Positions 19,840 through 30,432 are shown, counted from the first letter of the stretch. The stretch is 64,000 bases of DNA from Candidatus Nomurabacteria bacterium (GCA_943356495.1 CALRFF010000002.1:165875-229874), one strand, 5' to 3'. A program made the numbers and translations. Notes: generated from the sequence alone by a model not told the origin.

Positions 19840-20840
19840 CGCAAAAAAAAGTTTTTATAGCAACCGGCCTGTATCCGCCCCAAAGCGGCGGGCCGGCCAC
19901 CTACAGCAAATTTCTTGAAGAGCGCCTGCCGGCTCTCGGGTTTGCCGTGTCTGTGTTGCCGTACCGCCGCGTGCGCCGTGTGCCGAAGATACTCAGGCAT
20001 GCCGCATATTTTTTTATGAGCATCGGCTACGCGGCCGACGCCGATATAGTGTATGCGCTCGACACGGTAAGCGTCGGGTTCCCCGCGGTGCTGGCGGCCA
20101 TGGTAACGGGTAAACCGTTTGTGGTACGGGTGCCCGGGGATTACGCGTGGGAGCAGGGGCGGCAACGCTTCGGTGTTACCGAGGAGCTCGACGAATTTCA
20201 AACTAAAAAGTACGGTTGGAAGCTGGAGCTCTTGCGCCGCGCGCAGCGGTTTGTGGTTAACCGTGCGCGTGTGGTCGTGGTGCCGAGCGAGTATATGAAA
20301 CAGCTCGTCAGCGCGTGGACAAACCCTGCAAAAGTGCACCGTATCTACACCAGTATCGCGCTCCCGCCGGCGTACGAATTGCCGCAGGACAGACCTCAGG
20401 GTTTTCTTGTGGTGTCGTTCGGGCGCAAGGTACCGTGGAAAGGTTTTGAGGCGCTTGAGCGCGTGGTGTCCCAAGAGCCGCGTTGGAAGCTAAAAATCTT
20501 CAGCGAGTTGCCGCACGCGCAAGCCATGGGATGGCTTAAAACCGCGGACGTGTACGTTAACAACTCTACCTACGAAGGCCTTTCGCACCAGTTAGTCGAG
20601 GCGTTGTCGCTCGGCACGCCGATTATTGCCACCGATGTTGGCGGCAACCCAGAGGTAGTAAAAGACGCAGGGCTTTTAGTGCCGGCTCAAGACGACGAAG
20701 CGCTGTATCAGGCCATACGTAACGTCGAGGCGGACAGAGTTGCGGCCAGCGAGCGCGCGGTACGCGGCTTGGTGCGCGCGAAAGAATTTAACATTGATAG
20801 CGCGCTTACCCGCCTTTCGACACTTCTTAACACCTTATGA
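19836..20840 (+). CDS. GT4 glycosyltransferase
   Basis: YPPQSGGPATY, STYEGLSHQLVEALSLG. Confidence 0.9.
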   Translation: MTQKKVFIATGLYPPQSGGPATYSKFLEERLPALGFAVSVLPYRRVRRVPKILRHAAYFFMSIGYAADADIVYALDTVSVGFPAVLAAMVTGKPFVVRVPGDYAWEQGRQRFGVTEELDEFQTKKYGWKLELLRRAQRFVVNRARVVVVPSEYMKQLVSAWTNPAKVHRIYTSIALPPAYELPQDRPQGFLVVSFGRKVPWKGFEALERVVSQEPRWKLKIFSELPHAQAMGWLKTADVYVNNSTYEGLSHQLVEALSLGTPIIATDVGGNPEVVKDAGLLVPAQDDEALYQAIRNVEADRVAASERAVRGLVRAKEFNIDSALTRLSTLLNTL

Positions 20841-21724
20841 AAGTCCTTATGATAACGGGCGACAAACGGTTCGGCCCCGGCCACCCGCGTTTCGATGCGC
20901 AGGCCGGGGCGGTTGAGCGCTTGGAGGTCATTTTTTGGGGCCGCGGAGCTTTGTGGCCCAAAGTGCCGCAAGGCCCCTTCGATGTGGTGACCGTGCAGGA
21001 CCCCTTTTGGCGGGGGCTGTTTGCCAAGCGAGTCGCGCGCATGTTGGGCGCGCGTTTTAACGTACAAGTCCACACCGACCTTGCGGCCCAGCCGCTGGTG
21101 CGGCGCGTGTTGGCGAGTATGGTGTTGCGCAAGGCGACTTCGGTCCGCGTGGTGTCGGAAACAATTAAAAAACAGGTGCTACGTTTGGGCGTCCGCGCGC
21201 CTATAACCGTATTGCCGGTGTTTGTAGAGTTGGAGCGTTTTAAAGCGATAGTGCCGGTGCCGCACGCGCAAAAAACAATATTGTGGGTCGGCCGTTTTGA
21301 ATATGAAAAAGACCCCTTACGTGCGCTTGAGATTATACAAACCATACCGGAAGCAACGTTGGTTATGTTGGGCAGCGGGAGTTTAGAGCAAAAACTTCGC
21401 ACCGTATCTGGGAGGCTAAACCTTCCAGTGGAGTTTCCCGGCTGGCACGAGCCGGCGGGTTACTTGGCGCGGGCAGACGTCGTACTGTCGACCTCGCGGC
21501 ACGAAAGTTGGGGGCAAAGCATAGTAGAGGCGCTCGCGGCAGGCGTGCCGGTGGTAGCCCCCGATGTCGGCATTGCGCGGGAAGCCGGCGCTGTAGTCGT
21601 ACCAAGGTCAGACCTCGGTCGGGCGGTTGCTCAGGTGTTGGCCTCGGGTACACGCGGGGTACTTGCGCTTTCGTTGCCTACCAAAGAAGCGTGGGCAAAG
21701 GAGTGGGCACAAAGCCTTGTATGA
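20837..21724 (+). CDS. GT4 glycosyltransferase
   Basis: VGRFEYEK, SRHESWGQSIVEALAAG. Confidence 0.88.
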   Translation: MKVLMITGDKRFGPGHPRFDAQAGAVERLEVIFWGRGALWPKVPQGPFDVVTVQDPFWRGLFAKRVARMLGARFNVQVHTDLAAQPLVRRVLASMVLRKATSVRVVSETIKKQVLRLGVRAPITVLPVFVELERFKAIVPVPHAQKTILWVGRFEYEKDPLRALEIIQTIPEATLVMLGSGSLEQKLRTVSGRLNLPVEFPGWHEPAGYLARADVVLSTSRHESWGQSIVEALAAGVPVVAPDVGIAREAGAVVVPRSDLGRAVAQVLASGTRGVLALSLPTKEAWAKEWAQSLV

Positions 21725-22689
21725 AATTACTTATCTGCGCTCAAGCGGTAGACAAAAACGACCCTATGCTCGGGTTTTTTGTCGCGTGGGTGGCCGAGTT
21801 GTCGACGCACTACGAACAGGTAACCGTGCTGTGTCTGCGGGAAGGTGAGCATAAGCTCCCGCCTAATGTTACGGTGCTGTGCTTGGGGCGCGGACGTCTC
21901 ATGCGTTTGGCCCAACTACTACGATATATCGTAGTGCTTCGAAAAAATTACGACGCGGTATTTGTGCACATGAGCCAAGAGTTTGTGCTTGCCGCCGGCT
22001 GGCTGTGGACGCTGCTTGGTAAAAAAATATATCTCTGGCGCAACCATTATGCGGGCTCATTGCTTACCTCGTTCGCCGCACGTAGCGCTGCAACCGTATT
22101 TTATACATCCGCATTTTCGTATACCGCGCGCTACCGCAATGCGGTACGTATGCCGGTCGGAGTAGTACTGCAGGCAGTGCCCGCACTACCCCGCGTCCCG
22201 CACTCGGTGCTCTTTTTGGGCCGCATTGCCCCTAGCAAACGTCCGGAGCTATTGCTCGAGGCCGCGCGCCTGCTTACAACGCCGGTCCAGCTGTCGTTCG
22301 TTGGTCCTGCAGACAAGGCCTACCTAGCCTCGCTTACGGCCCGCGCACCGGAGGGTACGCAGTTTTCCGCCGGTGTGCCGCACGCCGACACACCGCGGGT
22401 GTTTGCGGCGCACGAACTGTTCGTCAACCTTTCTCCGTCGGGGATGTTTGATAAAACTATCTTCGAGGCCGCGAGCGCGGGCTGTGTACCCTTTGCCACC
22501 AGTAAAGACTGGGGGGCGCTTATGCCGGAGTTGTATGTTGATGGCGCCGTGGCGCTCGCGCGCGCGGTAGACCGTTTTTTTGCGCTGCCGGAGGAAGAAA
22601 GGGCGCGTCTGCGCAACGCGGCACGCGCCGAGGCCGAGCGCCAGAGCCTGCCGCGCCTTGCAAAGCGCCTCGTGGAAGAGATGTCCTGA
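21721..22689 (+). CDS. GT4 glycosyltransferase
   Basis: LGRIAPSK, FVNLSPSGMFDKTIFEA. Confidence 0.85.
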   Translation: MKLLICAQAVDKNDPMLGFFVAWVAELSTHYEQVTVLCLREGEHKLPPNVTVLCLGRGRLMRLAQLLRYIVVLRKNYDAVFVHMSQEFVLAAGWLWTLLGKKIYLWRNHYAGSLLTSFAARSAATVFYTSAFSYTARYRNAVRMPVGVVLQAVPALPRVPHSVLFLGRIAPSKRPELLLEAARLLTTPVQLSFVGPADKAYLASLTARAPEGTQFSAGVPHADTPRVFAAHELFVNLSPSGMFDKTIFEAASAGCVPFATSKDWGALMPELYVDGAVALARAVDRFFALPEEERARLRNAARAEAERQSLPRLAKRLVEEMS

Positions 22690-22707
22690 ATAGCCTATAC
22701 TCACCCT

Positions 22708-23304
22708 ATGCGCATGCCTTGGGACGCGTTTGTAGACAGCCATATACGCGAGTTGGCCCGCAAGCGGGACGTGCTTGATGTGGGCGGCGGGGAGCGGTTT
22801 CAAAAGTGGCTGGCTCCGTACCGCGACCTGTTTGCCGGGTCTAACTACCGTACGTTCGACACCGACAAAGTGTCGGGGGCGGACATCGTGGGCGACATAC
22901 ATCACCTGCCGATGCCGGAGCATTCGCTCGACGGGATTATCTGCCAAAGCGTACTCGAGCATGTACACGACCCGCTGCGCGCGATGGCCGAACTTAAGCG
23001 CGTGTTGCGCCCCGGCGGCGCCATGCTGTTGTATGTGCCGTCTATATATCCGTATCATGCACGCAAAGGCGCGTACGGCGACTATTGGCGGTTTTTTGAC
23101 GACACCATAGCGCTTTTATTCGAAGGTTTTGCCGAGGTCGCGGTGTGCAAACGCGGCGGGTACTTTACCGCACTTTCTTTTTTTGTACCGTTCCAACACA
23201 AGATGCGCTTTGTACTCGACCCGCTGGCCTATGTGCTTGATACGTTGCTTGGGACCGTGCGCCGCACGACCACCGCGGGGTACTACGTGTACGCCATCAA
23301 ATGA
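22708..23304 (+). CDS. Class I SAM-dependent methyltransferase
   Basis: VLDVGGG, SVLEHV, RVLRPGG, YH...DYWRF. Confidence 0.88.
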   Translation: MRMPWDAFVDSHIRELARKRDVLDVGGGERFQKWLAPYRDLFAGSNYRTFDTDKVSGADIVGDIHHLPMPEHSLDGIICQSVLEHVHDPLRAMAELKRVLRPGGAMLLYVPSIYPYHARKGAYGDYWRFFDDTIALLFEGFAEVAVCKRGGYFTALSFFVPFQHKMRFVLDPLAYVLDTLLGTVRRTTTAGYYVYAIK

Positions 23305-24464
23305 AACAACCGCTTACGGTAGTATATGTAGCCGATACGCGGCTCCCGACCGAAAAGGCTCACGGCCTCGCGCTTATGAAGCTGTGCGAAGCGTTTGCCC
23401 GCGCGGGTACGCGCGTCGAGGTGGTGGCGCCGCGCCTGCTGCGTTTGAGTAAAAAAGACCCGTACGAGTATTACGGCGTCAAGCCGCTCTTTACCATTAC
23501 GCGCGTGCCGAGCATCGACCTGCACCCGCTGCGCGTTGCACGGCGCTTGTTGTATCTGGTGCAGATGGTCTCCTTTTCGCTGTGTGCCGCGGCGTACTGC
23601 GCGTGGCAGTACCGTGGCCGTACCGTGGTTTACTTTTCGCACGACTATATGCCGCTATACTTCCTCTCGTTTCTTGGAGTGCCGGTGTATTACGACATTC
23701 ATCACTTCCCCGGCACAAATTTTATGTATCGCCGGATTATGCGCCGTGCAGCCGGGTTTGCGGTGCAGACTAAATGGAAAATAGACGAGTTGCACCGCCG
23801 GTTCGGCATAGCAAAAGAAAAAATAGTGTATTGGCCGAACGGCACCGACGTAGACATCTTTGCGATAGAAGAGAGTGTTGCCGAGGCGCGGCACGCGGTC
23901 GGTTTAAAGGCGCAGGGCCCCGTGGCGCTGTATGTGGGGCAATTTTTTGCATGGAAGGGCGTGGCCACGCTGGTGCGCGCGCTCGCGCATATGCCCCCGG
24001 CCGTACAGTTGGTGCTGGTCGGGGGCACCGAGGAAGACACCAAGCAATTGCAAAAAGAAGTACCCGAAAGCAACAACCCGCGTATATTGTTTGTGCCGTT
24101 TCAAAAACGGGAGACTGTCCCGCATTGGCTGCGCGCCGCCGATGTGCTCGTCTTGCCCAACACCGGCACGCAGGCGGTGTCCAAGTATTACACTTCGCCT
24201 ATGAAATTGTTCGAGTATTTGGCCTCCGGCCGCCCCGTAGTCGCTTCGGACTTACCGAGTATCCGAGAAATTGTGTCTGAAGATACGGCGTACTTGGTGG
24301 CGGCCGACGACCCCGCGGCGCTTGCCCGCGGCATTACGCATGCGCTTACAGACGTGGCAGACGCGGCCGCGCGTGCGGCCCGCGCGCGGGTGCATGGCGC
24401 GCGCTTTACGTGGGACGCCCGCGCACAGGCCATACTGCCGCACCTGCAGCACTGCTCGCTATGA
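23301..24464 (+). CDS. GT4 glycosyltransferase
   Basis: YVG...KG, TSPMKLFEYLASGRPVVASDLP. Confidence 0.9.
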   Translation: MKQPLTVVYVADTRLPTEKAHGLALMKLCEAFARAGTRVEVVAPRLLRLSKKDPYEYYGVKPLFTITRVPSIDLHPLRVARRLLYLVQMVSFSLCAAAYCAWQYRGRTVVYFSHDYMPLYFLSFLGVPVYYDIHHFPGTNFMYRRIMRRAAGFAVQTKWKIDELHRRFGIAKEKIVYWPNGTDVDIFAIEESVAEARHAVGLKAQGPVALYVGQFFAWKGVATLVRALAHMPPAVQLVLVGGTEEDTKQLQKEVPESNNPRILFVPFQKRETVPHWLRAADVLVLPNTGTQAVSKYYTSPMKLFEYLASGRPVVASDLPSIREIVSEDTAYLVAADDPAALARGITHALTDVADAAARAARARVHGARFTWDARAQAILPHLQHCSL

Positions 24465-25549
24465 AGATTTGCTTTCTTGCGCACAATTTGCGGCACGACA
24501 ACGGCGGGGGAGTCTTTTCCGCGCATATTATCGAGGCGGCCCAAGCGGCGGGCGCCGAGGTTGTGGCCCTTACGACTCTGCAGTCGGGTAAACCCTACGA
24601 ACGGCCGCTGTTTACCGGCGGCACGTTTGCGCTGGTACGCGATTTGCTGCGCGTGCGCGCCGCGCTTAAAGAAGCCGATATCGTGCATCCGCTCGACACC
24701 TACCCCTACGGCGTTATCGCCGCGTTTGCGGGGTTGGGGCTAAAAAAGAAGTTTATTATCACGGCGGTCGGTACCGGCGCAATAGCCGGACTCTACCGGT
24801 GGCCGAAAAGTTGGCTCATGCGCTTTGCATATGCGCGGGCGGACACGGTGGTTGCTATAAGCACGTTCGTCCGCGACGAAATACAAAAACGGATACCGCA
24901 CCTTGCTATCAAGGTCATTACCCACGGGGTAGAGTACGAGCAGTTTGCCGCACCGGCGCCGGAGTATGTCCCCGCTGCCGCGCACCGGCCGTATATTATT
25001 TCGGTCGGCTCGTTGCGCTGGCGTAAGGGATACAAGTTTAGTATCCGCGGCTTTGCCGAGATACGCGCGCAGATGCCCTCGCTTCACTACCTTATCGTCG
25101 GCAAACGCTATACGGAAAAAGAGTTTAACAATCTCACCGCGCTGATAACGCAACTGGGACTCCAAGATGCAGTGACTATATTGGAGCAGGTAGACTCCGC
25201 CGAAGATATGCGCGCGCTGTATCAGGGCGCCGAGGCCTTTGGATTGTTGTCGCAAAATGACGACCATGACGTAGAAGGCTTTGGCCTTGTCTTTTTGGAG
25301 GCGGCCGCCGCGGGCTTGCCGGTGGTCGGCAGCAGCGGCTGCGGCGTCGCGGATGCTATGGCCGACGGCATTAACGGGTATTTGGTGCCGCCGCGCGACA
25401 CACACGCCTTTGCCCAAGCGATGCTGAAGATACTGCAGACGCCGGGTTTGCGCGGCAAGATGGCGGACGCATCGCGCGCCTTTGCACGCGACAATACATG
25501 GGACAAAAAAATCCCGCAGTACCTAGCGCTGTGGGGGTTACCGCACTAA
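24461..25549 (+). CDS. GT4 glycosyltransferase
   Basis: SVG..RKG, VEGFGLVFLEAAAAGLP. Confidence 0.9.
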   Translation: MKICFLAHNLRHDNGGGVFSAHIIEAAQAAGAEVVALTTLQSGKPYERPLFTGGTFALVRDLLRVRAALKEADIVHPLDTYPYGVIAAFAGLGLKKKFIITAVGTGAIAGLYRWPKSWLMRFAYARADTVVAISTFVRDEIQKRIPHLAIKVITHGVEYEQFAAPAPEYVPAAAHRPYIISVGSLRWRKGYKFSIRGFAEIRAQMPSLHYLIVGKRYTEKEFNNLTALITQLGLQDAVTILEQVDSAEDMRALYQGAEAFGLLSQNDDHDVEGFGLVFLEAAAAGLPVVGSSGCGVADAMADGINGYLVPPRDTHAFAQAMLKILQTPGLRGKMADASRAFARDNTWDKKIPQYLALWGLPH

Positions 25550-26089
25550 CGTTGTTTCGATATTTTCGGCGGGGAAGAGTCCCGAAAGGAAAGACAGTTC
25601 GTACAGGCGCATGCGGCGGCGGTTGGCGTTTACCCAGCGCTCAACCAACCGGTTAAGGAACAGCAGTTTTGAGCCGCGGGGGAAGGTGATGCGCATGCGC
25701 GCGATAGAGGAAAAATGAAAGTCGGTGTAGTAGGTAAGCGCGTGGTTAAACTCGGGCTCGGCCAAAAAAAACTCAAACGTATCGATACTAAAAGTTTTGC
25801 AGTGGGTCGGGTCGACCGCGTTGTTGCGCGAGGTGTAGTGCGGCACGCGCACCACCAAGCGGCCTCCCGGCGCAAGGACGCGATGGATTTCTTTAAGCAG
25901 GGGCAGGTAGTCTATATGCTCGAGCACGTCTTGGCACAACACCTCGTCGCACGAGCCGTCGGCAAAAGGCAGGGGCGCCGCCGCCACGTTAAGTACCATG
26001 TCGACGCCGGGGAGCGCTACGGAGTCTATGTTGACGTAGCCTTGCCGTATATCGCGTCCGCATCCGAGGTTGAGTTTTTGTGCCTCCAT
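25538..26089 (-). CDS. Class I SAM-dependent methyltransferase
   Basis: KLNLGCG, DVLEH, RVLAPGG, DPTH; start MEAQK at 26089. Confidence 0.85.
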   Translation of the reverse strand: MEAQKLNLGCGRDIRQGYVNIDSVALPGVDMVLNVAAAPLPFADGSCDEVLCQDVLEHIDYLPLLKEIHRVLAPGGRLVVRVPHYTSRNNAVDPTHCKTFSIDTFEFFLAEPEFNHALTYYTDFHFSSIARMRITFPRGSKLLFLNRLVERWVNANRRRMRLYELSFLSGLFPAENIETTLVR

Positions 26090-26111
26090 GTTAGGGTATA
26101 CTAGCGTAAAA

Positions 26112-27137
26112 ATGGCGAAAAAACGAGCATTTATAACAGGCATTACGGGGCAGGACGGGTCGTATTTAGCCGAGCTTCTGCTTGCAAAAGGCTATACCGT
26201 GTACGGCCTTATCCGCCGCAGTTCCAACGATCCGTTGGTGCGGCTGCCTCAGCGTGTCCGCAAAGACATTACCTACTTGTACGGCAACTTGCGCGACAGC
26301 GCCTCGCTGCGCCGCGCGCTCGAGGTGGCGCGGCCGGACGAGATATATAACTTGGCGGCCCAATCGGATGTCGGCGTCTCTTTTAAAATTCCTGAAGAAA
26401 CGTTTGAGATAAACTACCACGGTCTTGGCCGGCTTATACACGAGGCGGTCGCGATTAACCCGAAGGTCCGCATATATCAGGCTTCCACCAGCGAAATGTA
26501 CGGTTCGACCAAGCCGCCGCAGAACGAGCGCTCGCCCTTTAATCCTGTGTCGCCGTACGGCGAAGCAAAGCTGCGCGCACATGAAGACTATGTGGTCGGC
26601 TACCGCGACCGGTACGGCCTGTTTATCTGCTCGGGCATACTTTTTAATCACGAGTCGCCGCGGCGCGGGGAACATTTTGTCACCCGCAAAATAACGCAGT
26701 CGCTCGCCAAGATAAAACTGGGGCTCCAAAAACAGCTCGAGCTCGGAAACCTAGACGCCAAGCGCGACTGGGGGTTTGCCGGCGATTATGTAGAGGCGAT
26801 GTGGCGCATGCTCCAGCAAAAAAAGCCGGTTGACTATGTTATCAGTACGGGCGAAACGCACACGGTGCGTGAGTTTTTGGCCGCGGCCGCTAAGGCACTG
26901 GGTATGACGCTGACGTTTACAGGCAAAGGTCTGCGCGAAACCGCGATGGATGAAAAAGGCCGCGTGCTGGTAAAAATAAATAAAAATTTTTACCGTCCGC
27001 GCGAGGTCCACAGCCTGCGCGGCGACAGCCGCAAGGCGCGCAAAGAACTCGGTTGGGATCCGCAGGTTTCCTTTGACGAGCTGGTAACCATGATGGCGCT
27101 TGCCGACTTTGAGCGCGTGCGACGGGAGCAAAAATGA
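26112..27137 (+). CDS. gmd: GDP-mannose 4,6-dehydratase
   Basis: TGITGQDGSYLAE, YNLAAQS, QASTSE, FNHESPRRG, RDWG. Confidence 0.95.
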   Translation: MAKKRAFITGITGQDGSYLAELLLAKGYTVYGLIRRSSNDPLVRLPQRVRKDITYLYGNLRDSASLRRALEVARPDEIYNLAAQSDVGVSFKIPEETFEINYHGLGRLIHEAVAINPKVRIYQASTSEMYGSTKPPQNERSPFNPVSPYGEAKLRAHEDYVVGYRDRYGLFICSGILFNHESPRRGEHFVTRKITQSLAKIKLGLQKQLELGNLDAKRDWGFAGDYVEAMWRMLQQKKPVDYVISTGETHTVREFLAAAAKALGMTLTFTGKGLRETAMDEKGRVLVKINKNFYRPREVHSLRGDSRKARKELGWDPQVSFDELVTMMALADFERVRREQK

Positions 27138-28354
27138 ATATCGCCATTATCGTCAGGCGCCTGGACCGCATCGGGGGCGTTGAGCGGCAGGCGTTGTGTC
27201 TTGCCAAGGGCTTGCGCGAGCGCGGACACACCGTAACGCTGTATACTTTTTTCTATAACCCCGAGGCGCTGTTCGGCGGGCTCCGTGATGTTGCGCCGGT
27301 CGTCTCTTTGGGCGCACGGCAGGGCGCGCTGGAGCGGTTTTTGCTTGCGGTGCCGCTCGTCTCTTTTTTTGTGATGGCATATGTCGACCGCCGCCGCTCG
27401 CACGCATTGGCGTTGCGCATTGACCGGTCGACCGAGGTGTTAAACCCCCACGACCAAGTGGTGTATCAGGTGGCGCACTATTATAAAACGTTGGTGCGCG
27501 ACATACCGTCGGTGTGGACGATGGACGACTTGCCCACGCGCGCGTTTACCCGTTACCGCGATGCCGCCTGTTCGGGCCGTAGTGTAGGACTTTTGCATCG
27601 TGTCGTGGACCGCGCGCTTGACGCGGTGGCGGTGCTGCCGTTTATCCCCGCGCAAACAGCGGTTGCCGTGCTTGATGAGCGTGACAAAGCGTGGGTGCGC
27701 GAGCAGTTTGGTAAAGACGCAGTCGTGGTGCGCCCCGGCGCCGACACTGCGGGCTTTGCCTACCGCGCCCGCACGGCGGCAGGGCGTCCGCTGCGTATGC
27801 TTATGGCGGGGATTTATTTCCCGCATCGCCGGTTCGAGGACGGTATTAGAGCGCTCGCACTGTTGCGCGAGCGCGGCATAGAGGCGACGCTTACTATTGT
27901 CGGGCGTTCGCACGCGGCCGATCCGTACGTGTTGCGCGTGCGCGCATTGATAACACAGTTGGGTCTTGAGTCGCAGGTGACTTTGCGGGGAGAAGTAACC
28001 GAAGAAGAGCTGCACGCGCTCCATAGCGCGGCGGACGCGTTTGTGTTTGCCAGCCATTTGCAGTCGTGGGGTATTGCCGTATTTGAGGCCATGGCCTCGG
28101 GTACGCCGGTAGTGGTGTCGCGTAGTGCGGGGGCTTCTGAGGTGCTTACCCACGGACAGACGGCTTTGTTGGTGAAGCCGCTTTCGCCGGTGCAGATTGC
28201 CGACGCCGCAGAGGCATTGGCGGGCGACCCCGCGCTGTATGGGCGCTTAAGCGCGCAAGGCAGGGCGTTTGTCGAGGGGAACCTGCGCTGGGATACAATG
28301 GTTACACAGATGGAGGCGCTTCTGCGGAGCGCCTCTGCTACGTATGGACACTAA
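27134..28354 (+). CDS. GT4 glycosyltransferase
   Basis: GGVE, QSWGIAVFEAMASG. Confidence 0.88.
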   Translation: MNIAIIVRRLDRIGGVERQALCLAKGLRERGHTVTLYTFFYNPEALFGGLRDVAPVVSLGARQGALERFLLAVPLVSFFVMAYVDRRRSHALALRIDRSTEVLNPHDQVVYQVAHYYKTLVRDIPSVWTMDDLPTRAFTRYRDAACSGRSVGLLHRVVDRALDAVAVLPFIPAQTAVAVLDERDKAWVREQFGKDAVVVRPGADTAGFAYRARTAAGRPLRMLMAGIYFPHRRFEDGIRALALLRERGIEATLTIVGRSHAADPYVLRVRALITQLGLESQVTLRGEVTEEELHALHSAADAFVFASHLQSWGIAVFEAMASGTPVVVSRSAGASEVLTHGQTALLVKPLSPVQIADAAEALAGDPALYGRLSAQGRAFVEGNLRWDTMVTQMEALLRSASATYGH

Positions 28355-29723
28355 TATTTCTCTTACAAAAAAATTTCTGACGGGAGAGTCGTACTACCGG
28401 TTTTCTTCCATTGCCACAAAAGGGCTCGGCTTTATGACGACCTTGTTCGTCTTGCACTCGCTGACGCTGTACCAGTACGGCGTCTTTCAACTGTTGTTGT
28501 CTATCTTTGGAGCGGGTATGGTGGTTTTTTATTTGGCGGGCAATGTCGTGGGCAACGACATACAGCGTTTTATAGCGGCAGGGCAGGAGGGGCGGGCAAA
28601 AAAACTTTTTACCGAGTACAATATCATACGCTTAAGCCTTGGCGTGCTGCTGACGCTCGGCATGGTGCTCGGCGCACCGCTGTTGTCGCGCTGGTACCAG
28701 CCGGACTTTATCCAGATGCTCCAGATAGTAGGGTTGTACTTTTTTGTCGAAGCGCTTTCAGGCTCGCTGTTGTCGTTGGTCAAGGTACGCCTTAACTTCA
28801 GGGCGGCGGCCATGGAGCCCGCCTACGGCAAAGTGGGCCAACTCGCTTTGCTTATAGTATTTTCGCTCACCATAGGCATCTCGACGCGCGAGGCGCTTAT
28901 TGCGGGGCTTATCGGCAACATAGTCGCGGCGCTTACCATGCTCCCCGGCGCCCGCGCCTCGTGGCGGCAATGGCGCGGTGTGCCGCTCCATCATGTGTCG
29001 GTGCTGTGGGGAGTATTGCGCGGCTACGGCAAGTGGGATACTGCGCGGCAAGTCGTGTCTAATTTGGTTTCCAACATACAGCCGTGGCTTATCAAAGTAT
29101 TTATCTCTACCGAAGCGGTGGCTATTTATAGCGTTGCGCTTACCATGGTTGATCTTAGTAAAACCTTTTTGTCTTTTAATACGCTCAGTTCTATCGTGCC
29201 GCGCCAGCTTGCCGACGCGGCGGCTTCGCGCAGGACCTTTGTGCTTAGCATTAAATACCTGTTGTGGATGGCGGTAGTCTGTACCGCCGTAGCGCTTGTC
29301 GCGGGCCCGCTTGGTATAGCGACATTCTTCCCTAAATACCTGGCGGCACTCCCGTATTTTGCCGCGCTGGTGTGGACCGTGCCGTTGGTGGTGTTTACCA
29401 TGCAGGCGGAAACGTTTTTGGTGGCGCTGCGCGAACAGCGGTTTCTCTTTTTGGCGTCGCTGTCGCGCAATGCCGTAACGCCGTTGCTTTTGGTCGCGAC
29501 GCTGCCGGTGCTTGGTTTGTGGGGGGTGGTGGCGACCAAACTGCTGGTAACCGCAAGTTTAATTGTGGCGGAGTTGCGATACCTGTTTCGCAAGCACGCG
29601 CATCTACGGTTTGTGCCCCGCGAACTCCTTACGTTTACCGCCGCCGATACGGTGTTTTTGACCGGTCTTTGGCGCCACAGCCGCGAGCTCCTATCGGTCA
29701 AAGTACGCTCTGTGTTAGGATAA
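28344..29723 (+). CDS. Wzx-like oligosaccharide flippase
   Basis: About 12 hydrophobic segments; YGVF and VAIYSVA motifs; located in a glycan cluster. Confidence 0.8.
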   Translation: MDTNISLTKKFLTGESYYRFSSIATKGLGFMTTLFVLHSLTLYQYGVFQLLLSIFGAGMVVFYLAGNVVGNDIQRFIAAGQEGRAKKLFTEYNIIRLSLGVLLTLGMVLGAPLLSRWYQPDFIQMLQIVGLYFFVEALSGSLLSLVKVRLNFRAAAMEPAYGKVGQLALLIVFSLTIGISTREALIAGLIGNIVAALTMLPGARASWRQWRGVPLHHVSVLWGVLRGYGKWDTARQVVSNLVSNIQPWLIKVFISTEAVAIYSVALTMVDLSKTFLSFNTLSSIVPRQLADAAASRRTFVLSIKYLLWMAVVCTAVALVAGPLGIATFFPKYLAALPYFAALVWTVPLVVFTMQAETFLVALREQRFLFLASLSRNAVTPLLLVATLPVLGLWGVVATKLLVTASLIVAELRYLFRKHAHLRFVPRELLTFTAADTVFLTGLWRHSRELLSVKVRSVLG

Positions 29724-29727
29724 TTTT

Positions 29728-30432
29728 ATGAGCGGCAAGGAGCCTTTTATGACCGTGGCCGAGATGCGCGCCAACCCCGAGCGGGTGCGGGCGCTTGATG
29801 TCAGCCCCAAAGACGGCAAGGCAAAAAGCCGCCGTTTTGACGGTTCAACCCGCCCGTCGCTTGTGTATGAGTTTGTAGACAAAGACGCCAAGTTGCTCGA
29901 GCTGGGGCCCTTCGGCGGCCCGCTCACCAAAGAGCTGCAGGAGCAGGGCTACAACCGCATCTCGACGCTCGATTTTATAGACTTGCTCGAGCTGCCTGAC
30001 CGCTCGAAGCTCGAAGCTATAGGCGTCGTCGATTTTAATCGCGACACCTTCCCGCACCCGGACAACACGTTTGACGCGGTAGTGTCCTTCGGTATGTTTG
30101 AGCATTTGGAAAATCCGTTCCATGCGGCGCGCGAGGCGGCGCGCGTGCTTAAGCCCGGAGGTGTGTTTGTTATGGCGATACCGAACGTATTCCATATCGT
30201 CAGCAAGTTAGTCTTTTTGCGTCGGGGGATGTTCCCGCGCTGGAGTTACGGCAATAACCATATTTCCATACTGCCGCACGGCGTGTTTGAAAAGACGATC
30301 CTGCGCGATTTTAAGCTTAAAAAGACCCTGTACTACAAACCTTTCTTGCATTGGTTAGGAGCAAACGCAAAATATCTGCCCGCCAACGAGTGGTTTAGCG
30401 ACTACGTCGCGTACGTGCTGGTAAAAAAATGA
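29728..30432 (+). CDS. Class I SAM-dependent methyltransferase (copy A)
   Basis: LLELGPFGG, FEHLENP, RVLKPGG. Confidence 0.85.
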   Translation: MSGKEPFMTVAEMRANPERVRALDVSPKDGKAKSRRFDGSTRPSLVYEFVDKDAKLLELGPFGGPLTKELQEQGYNRISTLDFIDLLELPDRSKLEAIGVVDFNRDTFPHPDNTFDAVVSFGMFEHLENPFHAAREAARVLKPGGVFVMAIPNVFHIVSKLVFLRRGMFPRWSYGNNHISILPHGVFEKTILRDFKLKKTLYYKPFLHWLGANAKYLPANEWFSDYVAYVLVKK

